Positions 24,326-38,146 are shown, numbered from the stretch's first letter. The stretch is DNA of 64,000 bases from Heptranchias perlo (GCF_035084215.1 NC_090330.1:102858001-102922000), one strand, 5' to 3'. Made by a program: numbers and translations. Notes: generated by a model not told the origin, from the letters alone.

Positions 24326-24889
24326 ACCCACTCCGCAAACTTTTCCCTTGTAAACACCCTTCCCCACAGAAGCATATGATTATAAATATATCGTAAAATA
24401 AATGATATGGAGTAATTTGGAAAAATACAGAAAGCTTGATCGCTCATGAATAGCCCCCAGAATAATACCATTCAGAAAGACTGTGTATCAGTACACACAC
24501 ACACACAGAAAAAAACAGAAATGGGGAGTAAATTCTCCAGTTTTTTACTTTTAATTAATTTTTTGAAGTACTTTTGGTGAGTATTAGTTGCACCATTGGG
24601 ATTTGGTTTGGAGGATTTAGGTTGGAAGGGAGTAAATTAACATCAGTATGTACAGTTATTAACCCACCATGCTCCAGCAATCCAGCTGTTTTAGCAGCAC
24701 ACATGCTAATTCAGTTCCGTCATGCAATTGGGCTCAGTATCTCTTTCAACCAAGTTAACATAATATATGGAACAGAGAACGGCCATCAAGCCTGCTTTTT
24801 TCAACAGACATACACAATCTGTACATCTCTCCCAGTGATGCTATCAGCACTCACAGATTAATGAGACATATGCAATAAAGAAGGATATT

Positions 24890-25060
24890 TTCTTAAAACC
24901 TACCTCTTTAACCAAACTTTTGGGCACCTGTGCTAATATCTCCTTATGTGGCTCGGTGTCAAATTTTTTTCTGAAATTGCTCCTGTGAAATGCCCTGGGA
25001 TGTTTTACCACGTTAAGAGGCCCGCTATTTAAATGCAAGTTGTTGCTGTTGTTGTTGTTT
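24890..25060 (+). mobile_element. L2 3' tail
   Basis: CTTAAAACCTACCTCTTT...GGCTCGGTGTCAAATTTT...ATGCAAGTTGTTG(TTG)n. Confidence 0.8.
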
Positions 25061-25245
25061 ACTTGGTTAACAAACATACTGAGATCTTCTTTCTTTTATT
25101 AATGAATTGGTAAGAATGGGATTAAAAGATGAAAGAAACTGAAAGAAACACTGGTGCAGGGCTATTGCTTCTGGGGCAGACAAACTTGAGACAATTTTGT
25201 TTGTTGATCGCTTGTTAAAGAACCTCGTTCCATTGTCACACAGGG

Positions 25246-25775
25246 TGGAGGTGGATTTCAACGCCGATGGTCGCAGATTGGGCCTCCATTACACACCTGG
25301 CTCAATTTTCCTTTCCATTCACTTCAATGGCAGATGAGGTGCCTACCTGACGCAGGTGGGGGCCTCATTAATGCATGCAAATCGGGGTCCTATGATGTTG
25401 TTATAACCCCAATGGCATTTTAATGCCCTACTGAGCAGGGCGTCTGCCACAAGCACCCTGCTCAGCATAACCTGGCAGAGAAGAAGAGGAGGATGCCCTC
25501 TGATGTAAGCCATGTGGGGCAAAGAGGTGCAGGAAAGTCTGGACCTCTGCTGCGCCGAGGTTACCCCCCTCCCCTCACCCTCGATACGGCTCTGCTCCCT
25601 CCACCATGACTTATCCTGGTGCCTTTGACTTCTGACCTGTTTTGGGCAGGCAGCAACCCAGAGGGATTCAAATAAGGCCCAGGAGTTAAAATAGCCTGGG
25701 CTTCAAACTGATGGCATCGGCCGGGTTTGACGCTTGCCCCAATCGCCTAAAACCCATTCCATGTTAAAATCCCCC
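25246..25775. mobile_element. Harbinger-like non-autonomous element
   Basis: Ends GGTGGATTTCAAC / GTTAAAATCCCCC; interior shares ATGCAAATCGGGGTCCTATGA with other MITEs. Confidence 0.55.
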
Positions 25776-26789
25776 ACCCCTCCCCCAATCTATTTTGAGT
25801 TACCGCATGAATAGTTTAAAAATATACAGTAATAGATTTCCCCTTTGTTTGTGTTTATAATTCTGAGCAGCTTCTACTTAATAACTTACAGAAAAGTGGA
25901 ACAGACAATCTTTACAACATCTCCCTGAGCAGCATCATTCCCCTAAGGGGTGTGACAAAAGGCTCTCACTCAAGTCTGCGTGCCACACATTCAGGGCTCT
26001 TCAGTATTGTCAACACACAGAGAAAAGCTTACATTCATTTTCACTCTTTCAAATTTGACTCTCAGTTTTCACAACATCTCCTCAGGGTATTTTCAACATC
26101 CCATAAAAATCTCCTCATACATAATTGTAAAAGTTAAAGGCTGATGTGCACCCAGCAACATTTACAATCCCACATATCTCTTAAAACACATATCAGAAAG
26201 CAAACGAGTTTCTAGCTAAGTTTGTTTTTCTCTACTTAAAGAATAAAGACGGACTATGTTAATTTTTTCCCCTCACTTTTTATTGATATTCCATAGTGGC
26301 CAGGGTAGCATTATTAAAACAAAACTAAAAATTGACAGGTGGTTGGATTTGTCCTGTTGAACTCTGTTAAATTTCACAAGAGAACTCTTGTTTGATTGAA
26401 TTTATCTCAGCCAATTGTGCAGTGTTTTGTTCCTAAGCCATGTAATAAATCCTGCGTGATGCTGCCGATGTCTGAAATAAAATATCTTGGGGAAGAGAAT
26501 GATAAAGGGAATACTGGATGCCCATGAATAATTACAAGGCAGAAATCTAAAGAGGGGGCTCTCAAAATGTCATAGCTAAGTTCTGGACCCTGAGATTAGA
26601 TTACTGGCTCCAAAGCATCTCTTTTTTTAAAAAAAGTAAATATTATATTTAGTTTTGTTAATGTTTTTCTTCAATTTTGGATCTATTTTTATGCTAAAGT
26701 TCTTTGATTTCCAATGCACTCTGTCATTGATCTGTGACTGGGCTGAATGCCTGTGATAAATGAGTCACCTCACCTCCCACCACTATTAA

Positions 26790-27540
26790 AATCCTCATCC
26801 ATGCTTATGTCAATTCCAGGCTCAACTTTTTCAATGGCCTCCTAGCTAGGCTTCCGATCTCCACCTTCAAGAACCTCTAACTCATCAGGAAGTCTGAAAC
26901 CTCCTAAACTTTCACCCTTCACTCTTTGAAGTCTGGCCTACTGTGCCTCTCATTCACCCCCTCCACTTCACTGTCAGTGACAGAGCTTTCAATTATACAA
27001 CAACTTGCATTTATATAGCAGCTTTAACATAGTAAAGTGTCCCAAGGCGCTTCACAGGAGCGTTATCAAACAAAATTTGGCACCGAGCCACGTAAGGAGA
27101 TATTAGGACAGGTGACCAGAAGCTTGGCCAAAGAGTTAGGTTTTAAGGAGCGTCTTAAAGGAGCAGAGAGAGATAGAGAGGTGGAAAGGTTTAGAGAGGG
27201 AATTCCAGAGTTTAAGGCCTAGGCAGCTGAAGGCACGGCCCCTAATAGTGGAGCGATAAAAATTGGGGATGCGCAAAGAGGCCAGAATTGGAGGAGCACA
27301 GAGATCTAAAGGAGGGGGCTCTCAAAATGGCCTTGCATTCTGGAATACTCTTCTTAAACCTTGTACCTTGCCACATTTCCCTTGAAACGCGCCTCTATAT
27401 CTATCTCTTTACCCAGGCTTTTGGTCAGCTCCCCCAACCGCTTCTCAATTTCTGTTCAGTGCCTGATTTCCCTTTAGTAAAGTACTCTGGGCATTTCACT
27501 ATGTCAAAGATGCTATGTAAGTGTAAGCTGTTGTTGTTGG
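26790..27540 (+). mobile_element. Old L2 fragment interrupted by a younger antisense L2
   Basis: ATCCTCATCCATGCTTATGTC...CAGGCTCAAC (LIHA-V-SRL) before the insert and L2-type tail GCTATGTAAGTGTAAGCTGTTGTTG after it. Confidence 0.55.
26998..27307 (-). mobile_element. L2 3' end
   Basis: CAACAACTTGCATTTATATAGC...GGAATTCCAGAG...GCCTAGGCAGCTGAAGGCACGG is the reverse complement of the L2 3' end. Confidence 0.88.
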
Positions 27541-27804
27541 TTGCGATGTGTATATTTTTTGAAAAAAAATCAGGCCAAACAATGGAAAAGCTGAGGTACA
27601 AAATCATATTTTGCAATCCTACTGATTCGCTTTCTCTTGTGGTGCTGTGCCAGTCCCAAATGCAGTGCTGGAGCCTGTGCATTGCTACCTTGTAATCCAG
27701 CACCATAGATTGCCTACCTGGGTGGGTCTCCATGCAGGTTGAACAATTGAATCTAGAGTACAAAGAATGACTTGCAATTTGGTACTAAGGTTTCATCCAC
27801 ACGT

Positions 27805-27950
27805 ATCATAGTATCATACAACACAGAAGGAGGCCATTTGGCCCATCGTGCCTGTGCTGCCTCTTTTGAAAGAGCTATCCAATTAATCCCCCTCCCCTGC
27901 TCTTTCCCTATAGCCCTGCAAATTTTTCCTCTTCAATATATATCCAATTC
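27805..27950 (-). mobile_element. CR1 tail
   Basis: ATCATAGTATCATACAACACAGAAGGAGGCCATTTGGCCCATCG. Confidence 0.7.
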
Positions 27951-28574
27951 GCATGTACAATTGGATTTCAAAGGTCCATCTGGTCTATAGTAGTGTAAAC
28001 AGTGCAGAATTTGCATTAAAACTCATGAATGGAATGGCACCATGCCAAATCACAATGTAAATGTGATATTTGTTGGTATATTGATGAGGCTAAAAGAAGC
28101 AAGGCCACAGCTTGAATTTTTTGTTAAACATATCTCAAACTGTTGATTTATGTAAGGTAATTCTGATAGTCTCGATACCACACTGTGCAATGCATTCATA
28201 TCAAATTCTTCAATTCATTAGGTTAACAGAGGTATTCATCTATTTTAGATTAACACCTCTTGTTAAAATAGTTAACAAAGGAGCTTGAGGTGAATGCATT
28301 TAAAGTTTGTACAATAATATTGCACAGTGTAATTTCCAGGCTAATATTCCGAGATGTGTAGAAATTCAACATGCTCCATAGTGTTTGTATGCATCGCTAG
28401 AGAAACTTTTTTGAGACGGGCTGAATAGTCTCTCTTATCTGTATTTATCTTAAAATCATGGCATATCAGAGTCATTCTGAGTACTGTGCAACTGGATCTT
28501 ACTTATTAGTTTATGAAAATGATTTTGTGGGGTTGAAAGCCACTGTTTACGAACCATAAAATAAAAACAATCTT

Positions 28575-29100
28575 GGGGTAGTTTTTAATTCTGAATGGGT
28601 TTCAGGCGAGAAACCACTTTGGCGAGTTAATTTCTCACCTGTCGTTCTGGACAGGAAGAGGGGCCGAATGGCTGCTGGCAGGAGAAAACTTGGGGGGCTC
28701 TTGGCTACCTGCTGACATGGTCGTAAGGGCGGGGAGGACCTTTTTGGGAGTGTCTCGCAGGAAGGAAGGAGTGGAGGCTGTGACCAACTCCTGCTCCTCC
28801 TGGACCCACAAAGTGAAGTTTTACACTTATCTTGCAGGGCTTCTTCTGCCAGCCGAGGATCTAGAGATCTCCCTCAGATGCTGCAGGAGATGTGGCAGCT
28901 TCCTTCACTCAGCCCCCAGTTAAAATGCAATCGGGGCCATTTTGACATCATAAGACACCGATCGGCATAAATTCATTAGGCGGGTGCCTCATCCGCTTGC
29001 AGGCTAAAACTGGAAAGTTACGAGTGGTCAACGAACCTGCTTGTTTTAACTGCCCACCCCCTGCCTGGTTTCTGCCGCAGGTCGGGTTAAAATCGGCCCC
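28575..29100. mobile_element. Harbinger-like MITE, TSD CTT
   Basis: GGGGTAGTTTTTAA / TTAAAATCGGCCCC termini (11/14); CTT at 28572-28574 and 29101-29103. Confidence 0.7.
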
Positions 29101-29141
29101 CTTGGATCTGTGTGAATGCAGTGTTGGAGGACTGCAAAGGC

Positions 29142-29630
29142 ATAATCCCGGGGATGAGGGGGTGGACATATGAGGAGAAGTTGAGTAGATTGGGACTCTA
29201 CTCATTGGAGTTCAGAAGATTGAGAGGCGATCTTATTGAAACATATAAGATTGTGAAGGGGCTTGATCGGGTGGATACAGTAAGGATGTTCCCAAGGATG
29301 GGTGAAACTAGAACTAGGGGGCATAATCTTAGAATAAGGGGCTGCTCTTTCAAAACTGAGATGAGGAGAAACTTCTTCACTCAGAGGGTGGTAGGTCTGT
29401 GGAATTTGCTGCCCCAGGAAGCTGTGGAAGCTACATCGTTAAATAAATTTAAAACAGAAATAGACAGTTTCCTAGAAGTAAAGGGAATTAGGGGTTACGG
29501 GGAGCGGGCAGGAAATTGGACATGAATTTAGATTTGAGGTTAGGATCAGATCAGCCATGATCTTATTGAATGGTGGAGCAGGCTCGAGGGGCCGATTGGC
29601 CTACTCCTGCTCCTATTTCTTATGTTCTTA
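29142..29630 (+). mobile_element. CR1 3' end, young
   Basis: Open frame IPGMRGWTYEEKLSRLGLYSLEFRRLRGDLIETYKI...RNFFTQRVV; tail CTCCTATTTCTTATGTTCTTAT. Confidence 0.93.
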
Positions 29631-30939
29631 TAATGTTCCTTTCACCAACCAGATCACAGAGCAAAAGAATACAGTCCCTTTAATCAATTGCATCCCAGAT
29701 CTTTAATCCATCGGATGCCAGAAATTGTCAGGCTGTCCGTACAACCAATCATCCCAAAACCAAAGACCAATCCGATCCCAGGATGATCCTTGTAGTCTCA
29801 TTTCTGATCGATTCAGTCACAAAAATCGCATTGTACACAAAAAAAAAGTTCTGTGTTTTGTTCCTGTGATCCATCCCATTATATATACCCATAAACATAT
29901 TTTTTTTCATGCCCTCTTAAAAGTGGAAGTCAAAACAAAAGTATCCAATCCAGTTTCACCTTGTTTGAATGGGGGTCTTGGTAAACAGAAAATGTGCTCG
30001 AGGCCATGCAGGAGATGCACTCGGTAGTGTATTAATAAAGGGTGCATTGTGTAGCTTAATATGTTATTAATCTTCCATATTGCTGTGTATATCATATAAA
30101 AGGAATATTACTTCATTGAATCTGCAAGACAGAGGAGATTAAACTGATTTTCATTTTTTTTAGAATTTTTTGAAAATAGAATGAAAGCCACATGCAACAA
30201 GGAATCACTTTGGCATCCTTCCATAATACTGCAGACATATCATTGGTATTTGTAATAAAAAAATGTCTTTTCACCAGGTCACTATTCCTGCTGTAGCAAT
30301 TTATCAACGATAAATGTCTAAACAAAACTGATTGGTGCTGCTCAGTTTATTTTCATATTTAGGTGCCTTGAACGTTTAATTTGCCAAGACAATGCCATGG
30401 CTTCCAATGAGTGGGCTGGTATAGGGACATTTAATGTGCAATTTCAAATTAGAGTTGACAATTGCAAATACACACCAACCAACACCGTAATAAAATCAAT
30501 ACGCACTTTTCCCTCAGGGGCCACTATTTACTGTTAGCAATGCCATTTTTTTTTTAATGGGATGGCATTTATGCCTGCCGAAACCTTGTAAATACCACTC
30601 TCCGTATTTTAACTATACGAGCATTGTTGGGGCTACACAGGAGAAAATCCTTTTTTTATTCGCAGGCCTGCCAAGGCTGTTTAGTTGAGCTGTGGCATCT
30701 GTATAGTCTTTGGTAATGGCTTGCAGCTTTGTTTGTCTTACTTTGAGACATTTTTCTTCACAAACAATACAATTGAATTCGAAGTATTTTGCACGTGTTA
30801 GAGGCTTAATAACATTTGTCACCTTATTCCAAGATTTGGCTTTGTGTACAGGTTATGTTCTTAAAGGACTGAGAGCTTGCAGATAATAGGGGTTTGTCAA
30901 ACCACTGAGGGTGGCGATAGTGACCTTTCACAGGGAACG

Positions 30940-31124
30940 TTCGGTCAGGCCATTGGTCCTGTCTCACGTGCCACCCTGGACGCCTAAAAAATGATCCGCA
31001 TGAATTTAACTGTGGGCCGAACGCCTGTGCGGATTGGGCACTGGCTGTCCCACCGCTAAATTGGTCTGCTTTGCACCTGTTTTACGCCTGAAAAACAGGC
31101 GCAAAGCATTCCAATTTCTACCCC
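30940..31124. mobile_element. MITE end fragment
   Basis: Ends CCAATTTCTACCCC, the reverse complement of the GGGGTAGAAATTGG start at 51082. Confidence 0.55.
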
Positions 31125-31680
31125 AGTGTGTTTACTGGGCTGGAACTTCTCAGTCCTGTTTCATTTAGAAGAAGATTACCTTCGGTCTTTCCTGGTATAA
31201 AGAAAGCGACTTGTTTCACTGTTCCATGAGCAAATTTGATATATATTTTGCCTTTGGTGTCTGATTTAATATATCTTAAGTTATTTTGACTAGGGTGTGT
31301 GAAAGATAAACCAGGGTATTCTGGTCAGGGACATTCTTTATCAAGAAAATGTATGCCAAGCCTTTTTCTTGTTTGTTTTTCAAACACTCAGGCATGCTGG
31401 AATAATTTGTATTAAAATGAGTCAGTGCATTGCAAAAATGTCATTGTAGCAATAGTACATGATGCCATCAAAGCTCCAATAGCCTGCAGCTGTTCAGGTG
31501 TTTTTGCATCATAAGCAAAAATACAATGCTCCTTTGAAGAAGCTAAACCAAATAAATTGATTTTTAGTCCTTTCTAAGTTTACAGAACACTAAATTCCAC
31601 CTGCAAGCCTTCTATTTGTGCATTAAAAGGTATAGGATTTCTAAAACTCAACATTTTTAAGGTAGTCTACTCTCAAATAA

Positions 31681-32138
31681 AAGAAAGATTTGTGTTTATA
31701 CAGTGCATTTCATGACCTCAGGATGTCCCAAAGTGGTATACAGCCAATTAATTACTTTTGAAGTATAGCCACTGTTGTAATGTAGGAAACACAGCAGCCA
31801 ATTTGTGCACAGCAAGGTCCCACAAACAGCAATGAGATAATAACCAGATAATCTGTTTTCAGTCATGTTGATTGAGGGATATATATTGGCCAGGACACCG
31901 GGGAGAACTCCCCTGCTCTTTTTTGACATAGTACCATGGGTTCTTTTATATCCACCTGAGTGGGCTGACGGGGTCTTGGTTTAATATCTCATTTGAAAGA
32001 CGGTGCCTCCGACAGTGCAGCACTCCCTCAGTACTGCACTGGAGTGTCAGCTTAGATTACAGGCCCTGTAGTGGGACTTGAACCCACAACCTTTGGATTC
32101 AGAGGCGAGAGTGCTACCCACTGAACCACGGCTAGCAC
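31681..32138 (-). mobile_element. DeuSINE (SacSINE1-like), full length
   Basis: Reverse complement of 9618-10078, including GGGACTTGAACCC and GCTACCCACTGAACCA. Confidence 0.9.
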
Positions 32139-32499
32139 CCACTGCTAAATGCTACTCAGTAAGGTGTTGGAGCAGCTGTAGCAGTGTGGTTGTTGTGCCT
32201 GTCCCTTTTTAAATTGAGAGACCAAGGCGAATCTAGGAGTAGGATGCTACCAAAGCTGAAAAAGCAAAAGAGTCGGCCAAAGTGGCTAAGTGCTATTAGG
32301 GGGTTGGAATTTAAAAGTCTGAATATAAGGTCGGAGGAAGGAAAGGCTGAGGGAGGTAAAGAATGGTTTTTGGGGAAAGAAAGAGTCAGAGTAGGAGACT
32401 CCTTTCAACACGAGGTTGCAGGGAGGAGGAAGATTGTGCTGGACAGCAAAACTGGAGCTTTGAAGGACAAGAGTAGAAAGTAACGGAGCAATGACATCG

Positions 32500-32710
32500 G
32501 AACACAGAAACTGGAGTAGGCCATTCAGCCCCTCGAACCTGTTCTGCCATTCAATTTAATCTGTACCTTAACTCCATCTACCCACCTTGGTTCCTTAACG
32601 CTTAATATCCTTGCATAACCAAAATCTATCAATCTCAGTTTTGAAATTTTCAATTGACCTAGCCTCAACATGTTTTTCGGGAGTGAGTTCCAGATTTCCA
32701 CTACCCTGAG
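32500..32710 (-). mobile_element. CR1 tail
   Basis: GGAGTAGGCCATTCAGCCCCTCGAACCTG...AAATCTATCAATCTCAGTTTTGAAATTTTC. Confidence 0.8.
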
Positions 32711-33801
32711 CATACTAGTATCAACAAAAACACTTCTACACACAATAAACATCAGATAAAGCTGCCCAACAATTACATACACTTCAAGTTTCCAATTTTT
32801 ATTTTCTCATTTTTCAATGCTTGATTTTATTAGCTTTTCTTTGGTACCAAATGAAATGTTTTATTTTTTTCAGTTGCTTTTCAGTGAGACATTCAATAAA
32901 CCAAGTTTTCTCCGTACTTTTAGTTTTAGGGCCTTACCTCGAGTAGCTGTTTTATATATTGACCCAGGGAGCATCACATCTGGGCCAGTCCTGTTCACAC
33001 ACAAGTGCTACAAGTGCTGATAACAGCAGTCGGTGGATAGCGATTGGAACTGATTGCCCCTATCCCCTCATAAACCCAGCAGTGTCAAGGCCAATAGCTG
33101 CACCCCTACTGTTGCCCCATCCAAGATCAGTCGGCATTTTAATTGCAAGAAAAATCATATTGGAATCTTTGAAGAAGTTGTTTTATTTTATTATTTCAAT
33201 TCAAATCAGAGCGTCTTTTGTGCTTTTCGCAAAGGAAGACTATCGCTCGGCTTTTCTTTTGTTGAGCTTTGAAAGCTGAATTTGAGTAAGAATGACTTAC
33301 TCAATTTGCTCTTTGTGGTGTAGTAAGTATTTCACGTTCATGCTGCTTGTATGTGAGCTTTTAATTGAGTCTAACAGAGTGAGCTGTAATTGATACAGAA
33401 TCGCTGATCTACAAGAGCTGTAATAACAAGGTAATGCTGTTGCTTTTTAATCTCCTTTCGCTCCATCCTTAGATGTTTTCTCATCAGAATTAATTCTGTT
33501 GTAGGTTGGTAAGGTAGCTTTCTTATGGAAATGAATCATTTTTCAGGCTTTTAGTTCCAAGCCTCAATACCTACCTATAAATTAATGACACACAATAGAG
33601 GCATTTTCATTTTTGTTTTCAAGATTTTTCAAAAGCAAACTCAAAACAGTTCTCAAAGAGAAGCTCTAATTGCACAGAAAGCAATGCCAAACACCAAGAA
33701 ATGCAAGAGACTTTTTTTGGAACTTGTAATTTCCCTTTAGGTTGACTATGTTGTGAATATCTGAAGTTGATACTCTGTGTGTACCTGGTCTGCTTTTTAA
33801 T

Positions 33802-34479
33802 GGGCTCGATTTTCAAATAAAACTCCAGGGGCAGGGGTGCGGGGGCAGCGAAAATCGGTAAAATCCGGAGCGGGTAAGGAACCCGGCTCCAACCCACCGA
33901 CTTCCGCGTCTCACACAGACGCATCTACCTGCGCACGGGGTTCTGGAATCCGGAAGTCCCGCCGGCAATTAAAGCTGGCGGGACGATATTTCAAGAAGCA
34001 AATTTACCTGAGATACTTAAAGTACTTTTTTTGTTACATAGTAGGTAGTTAAAGCGATTTTTCAACTTACCCGGGCGGCTTTCCCACGACTTCCGATTCA
34101 CACCTGGTGATGTCCGATGTCTCACCCCTGATTTCTCCCTCTCCGATGTCTCACCCCCCGATGTCCCCCCACTCCGACCTTTGTCCCCCCCCTCCGATCT
34201 TTGTCCCCCGCCTCCGATCTTTGCCCCCCCTCTCTGTTCCAGCGCCGGATGACGTCCCTCTCTCTCTCAATCTTTCTCCCCCAACCCAACCCCCCGCCCC
34301 CCCATCTGCCCAACCTCGGCATTGCAGCTCCTGTCGCGAAACCCAGAAACAAGATTAATGAGCGTCAATTACCTCGCAATTGCGTGGGGAAGGTAAGATT
34401 TAATTATCCGGGTTTGCCGCGCGCCCATTGACCCCCCCTCTCCCCACTGCCATCCTGCCACCATTTGAAAATCGAGCCC
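33802..34479. mobile_element. Young Harbinger-like MITE, perfect 17-bp TIR, TSD AAT
   Basis: GGGCTCGATTTTCAAAT ... ATTTGAAAATCGAGCCC; AAT at 33799-33801 and 34480-34482; CpG-rich interior. Confidence 0.9.
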
Positions 34480-34652
34480 AATATGTCCCTCTGGCTGGGT
34501 TAACCTTTGAATGAACAATGAAAATTGAACAGTAAGTGTTCATTAATAATTCTGTAACAATTTTTCTTTAATTGTCATTGTCCAGTATACAAATATTGCC
34601 GTTGAAGCCTGTAGCACTATGCTATTTACTTAAGAGAAACTGGCTTGCCTTG

Positions 34653-35118
34653 TAGGAACACAGGAACAGGAGTAGGCCATTCAGTCCCTCGAGTCTGTTC
34701 CACCATTCAATTGGACTATGGCTGATCTCCATCTTAATTCCGTCTAGCCAACTTGGTTCCGTAACCATTAATACCCCTGCCTAACAAAAATCTATCAATC
34801 TCAGATTTGAAATTTTCAATTGACTCCCCAGCCTCAACAGCTTTTTGGGGGAGAGAGTTCCAGATTTCCACCACCCTTTGTGTGAAGAAGTGCTTCTTGA
34901 CATCACCCCTAAATGGCCTAGCTCTAATTTTAAGGTTAATGCCCCTTTGGTCTGGACTCCATCGCCAGAGGAAATAGTTTCTGTCTATCTACCCTATCAA
35001 TTCCTTTAATCATCTTAAACACCTCAATTAGATCACCCCTTAATCTTCGATACTCAAGGGAATACAAGCCTAGTTTATGCAACCTGTCATAATTTAACCC
35101 TTTTAGCCCTGGTATCAT
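34653..35118 (-). mobile_element. CR1 3' end
   Basis: Minus ORF IPGLKGLNYDRLHKLGLYSLEYRRLRGDLIEVFK; tail TAGGAACACAGGAACAGGAGTAGGCC. Confidence 0.92.
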
Positions 35119-36255
35119 ATTGTAGCCTTGACCACTATTTTGTTTTATTATATCCTTTTAAAAAATGTTTTTAATGGATAACTTTTTATAACGCATTTGA
35201 TATCTGCAATCGACTGAGCTTGGTGACGTCAAGGGGTAGTAGCCCCCATCCTATTTCTTGCTTCATGTCAATCCTGAAGACTATTCCCCACTGGCACCAA
35301 TTACCAGGCAATAGTTGAAATCCATTTTGTTCTGCCAGTTGTGTTTATCGTTTCAGATTTAAAAGAAAAAAGAAAAGAACTTGAATTGATATAGCATCCT
35401 TCACATCCTCAGGACTTCCCAAAGCGCTAAAGAGATAGAACATTAGCAGATTATTGATGATGTGTACACAGTGTTGGAATATATTTTAGTAAAATAAATC
35501 ATAATCTTGTTATCCTGTCCCCCAGTTTATTGTGGTTTATACACACTTAGGTCCTCAAAAGGGCTCAGTGTAAGTTTTAACAGCATTAGCTCTGATGAAG
35601 TCGTAATTAGAATAAAGCTAGAAACACAGAAAGGTGAACTGTTTGAAGTCAAATGATTTATGGCTGGAGTATTAACTTTGAAAAAGATAATTTAATCCTT
35701 GATTTATAATGAGTCAAAGAGTAATGAATAATTAAGCATTAAGCATTGTGCGTCACAGATGTAACATATATTGAGATTAGTTTCGGCATGTTGGTCTAAT
35801 TCTGAGCAACATTATTTTCCTGTAAGATATACCTGTCTATTATTTCCTTTCTGCTCTGTTCATTAGGGCTGCCTTGTAGCTGATCTGACAATATATGAAT
35901 AAATTTCAAAGGTGATGAGACGCTGTGAGAAGGCATGTTGTCTGAAAGGCGGACAATAATGCTGCACCGGGGATATTCTCATAAGGGATTGAGGGATGTT
36001 GTGAGAAAGGCTAGATGTGGTAGAAGTGCAGCCAACTTGGGTTTCACGGCCTGTTCTCATTCCTAAAAATGTTTGTTTCTGTTAAGTTTTTAGAGAGGCT
36101 GAGTTCAAGGAACAGCTTGCTCACAAAGTCCCTCCACTATCAATATGTTGGACACAGCAGCAGGTTTTTGCCCCAACTGTCTATCTTTCTTCCCCCTTTT
36201 TTCTCCTGTTTAGTTTTCCACTATTTTCTCAGGTCGATTCATGCTCCCATAAGTT

Positions 36256-38146
36256 GCGGGTAAATTGGAATCAAAGATTGGCAGGCAAAACTGTAATTGA
36301 ACAGTGGGCGGCCTTTAAAGAGGAGATGGCTCGGGTACGGTCTAGGCACATTCCCATGAGGCAGAAAGGGAGGCCAACTAAAGCCAGAACTCCCTGGATG
36401 ACAAAAGAGATAGAGAGTAAGATGAAACGGAAAAAAGGAGCGTATGACAAATGTCAGGTTGATAACACAAGAGAGAACCAGGCAGAATATAGAAAGTTCA
36501 GAGGGGAAGTGAAAAAGGAAATAAGAGGGGCAAAGACAGAGTATGAGAATAGACTGGCGGCCAACATAAAAGGGAATCCAAAAGTCTTCTACAGGCGTGT
36601 AAACAGTAAACGAGTAGTAAGAGGAGGAGTGGGGTCGATTAGGGACCATTAAGGATATCTATTCATGGAGGCAGAGGGCATGGCAGGGGTACTAAATGAG
36701 TACTTTGCATCTGTCTTTACCAAGGAAGAAGATGCTGCCAGAGTCTCAGCAAAGGAAGATGTAGGTGAGATACTGGATGGGCTAAAAATTGATAAAGAAG
36801 AGGTACTAGAAAGGCTAGCTGTACTTAAAGTAGATAAGTCACCCATCCTAGGTTGCTGAGGAAAGTAAGGGTGGAAATTGCAGAGGTACTGGCCATAATC
36901 TTCAAAACATCCGTAGATACGGAGGGTGGTGCCAGAGAATTGCAAATGTTATACCCTTGTTCAAAAAAGGGTGTAAGGATAAACCCAGCAACTATAGGCC
37001 AGTCAACTTAACCTCAGTGGTGACGAAACTTTTAGAAATGATAATCCGGGACAGAATTAAAGATTACTTGGACGTGGGTGGATTGATTAAGGAAAGTCGG
37101 CACGGATTGTTAAAGGCAAATCGTATTTAACTAACCTGATAGAGTTTTTTGATGACTGCTTTTCTCAATATATGTTAATGACTTGGACTTGAGTGTACAG
37201 GGCACAATTTCAAAATTTGCAGATGACACAAAACTTGGAAGGGTAGTAAACAGTGAGGAGGATAGTGATAGACTTCAAGAGGATATAGACAGGCTGGTGG
37301 CATGGGCGGACGGATGGCAGATGAAATTTAACACAGAAAAATGCAAAGTGATACATTTCAGTAGGAAGAATGAGGAGAGGCAATATAAACTAGAGGGCAC
37401 AATTCTAAAAGGGGTACAGGAACAGAGAGATCTGGGGGTTTATGTACACAATTTGATGAAGGTGGCAGGACATGTTGAGAAAGCGATTAAAAAAGCATAC
37501 GGGATCCTGGGCTTTATAAATAAAGGCATAGAGTACAAAAGTATGGAAGTCATGATGAACCTTTATAAAACACTGGTTCGGCCACAATTGGAGTATTGTG
37601 TCCCTTTCTGGGCACCACACTTTAGGAAAGATGTGAAGGCCTTAGAGAGGGTGCAGAAGAGATTTACTAGAATGATTCCAGGGATGAGGAACTTTAGTTA
37701 CGTGGATAAACCGGAGAAGCTGGTGTTGTTCTCCTTGGAACAGAGATGTTTGCGAGGAGATTTGATAGAGGTACTCAAAATCATGAAGGGTCTAGACAGC
37801 GTAAATAGAGAGAAACTGTTCCCATTGGCAGAAGGGTCAAGAACCAGAGGACATAGATTTAAGGTGATTGGCAAAAGAACCAAAGGTGACATGAGGAAAA
37901 ACTTTTTTACACAGCGAGTGGTTAGGATCTGGAAAGCACTGCCCGAGGAGATGGTGGAGGCAGATTCAATCATAGCCTTCAAAAGGGAACTGGATAAGTA
38001 CTTGAAAGGAAAAAATTTGTAAGGCTACGGGGATAGAGCGGAGGAGTGGGAATAGCTGGATTGCTCTTGCATAGAGCCGACGGGGACTCAATGGGCCAAA
38101 TGGCCTCCTTCCATGCTGTAACCTTTCTATGATTCTATGATTCTAT
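36256..38146 (+). mobile_element. 5'-truncated CR1 LINE with an internal deletion in RT
   Basis: PWMTKEI, NYRPV, FADDTKL, LVRPQLEYC, KNFFTQRVV; LIEFFD is joined directly to IYVNDLD at ~37155; 3' (ATTCTATG)n octamer. Confidence 0.96.

Noticed and set aside
36254-38022. 279-aa and neighbouring ORFs as a host gene
   Set aside because: CR1 ORF2 remnants with an internal deletion of core RT motifs
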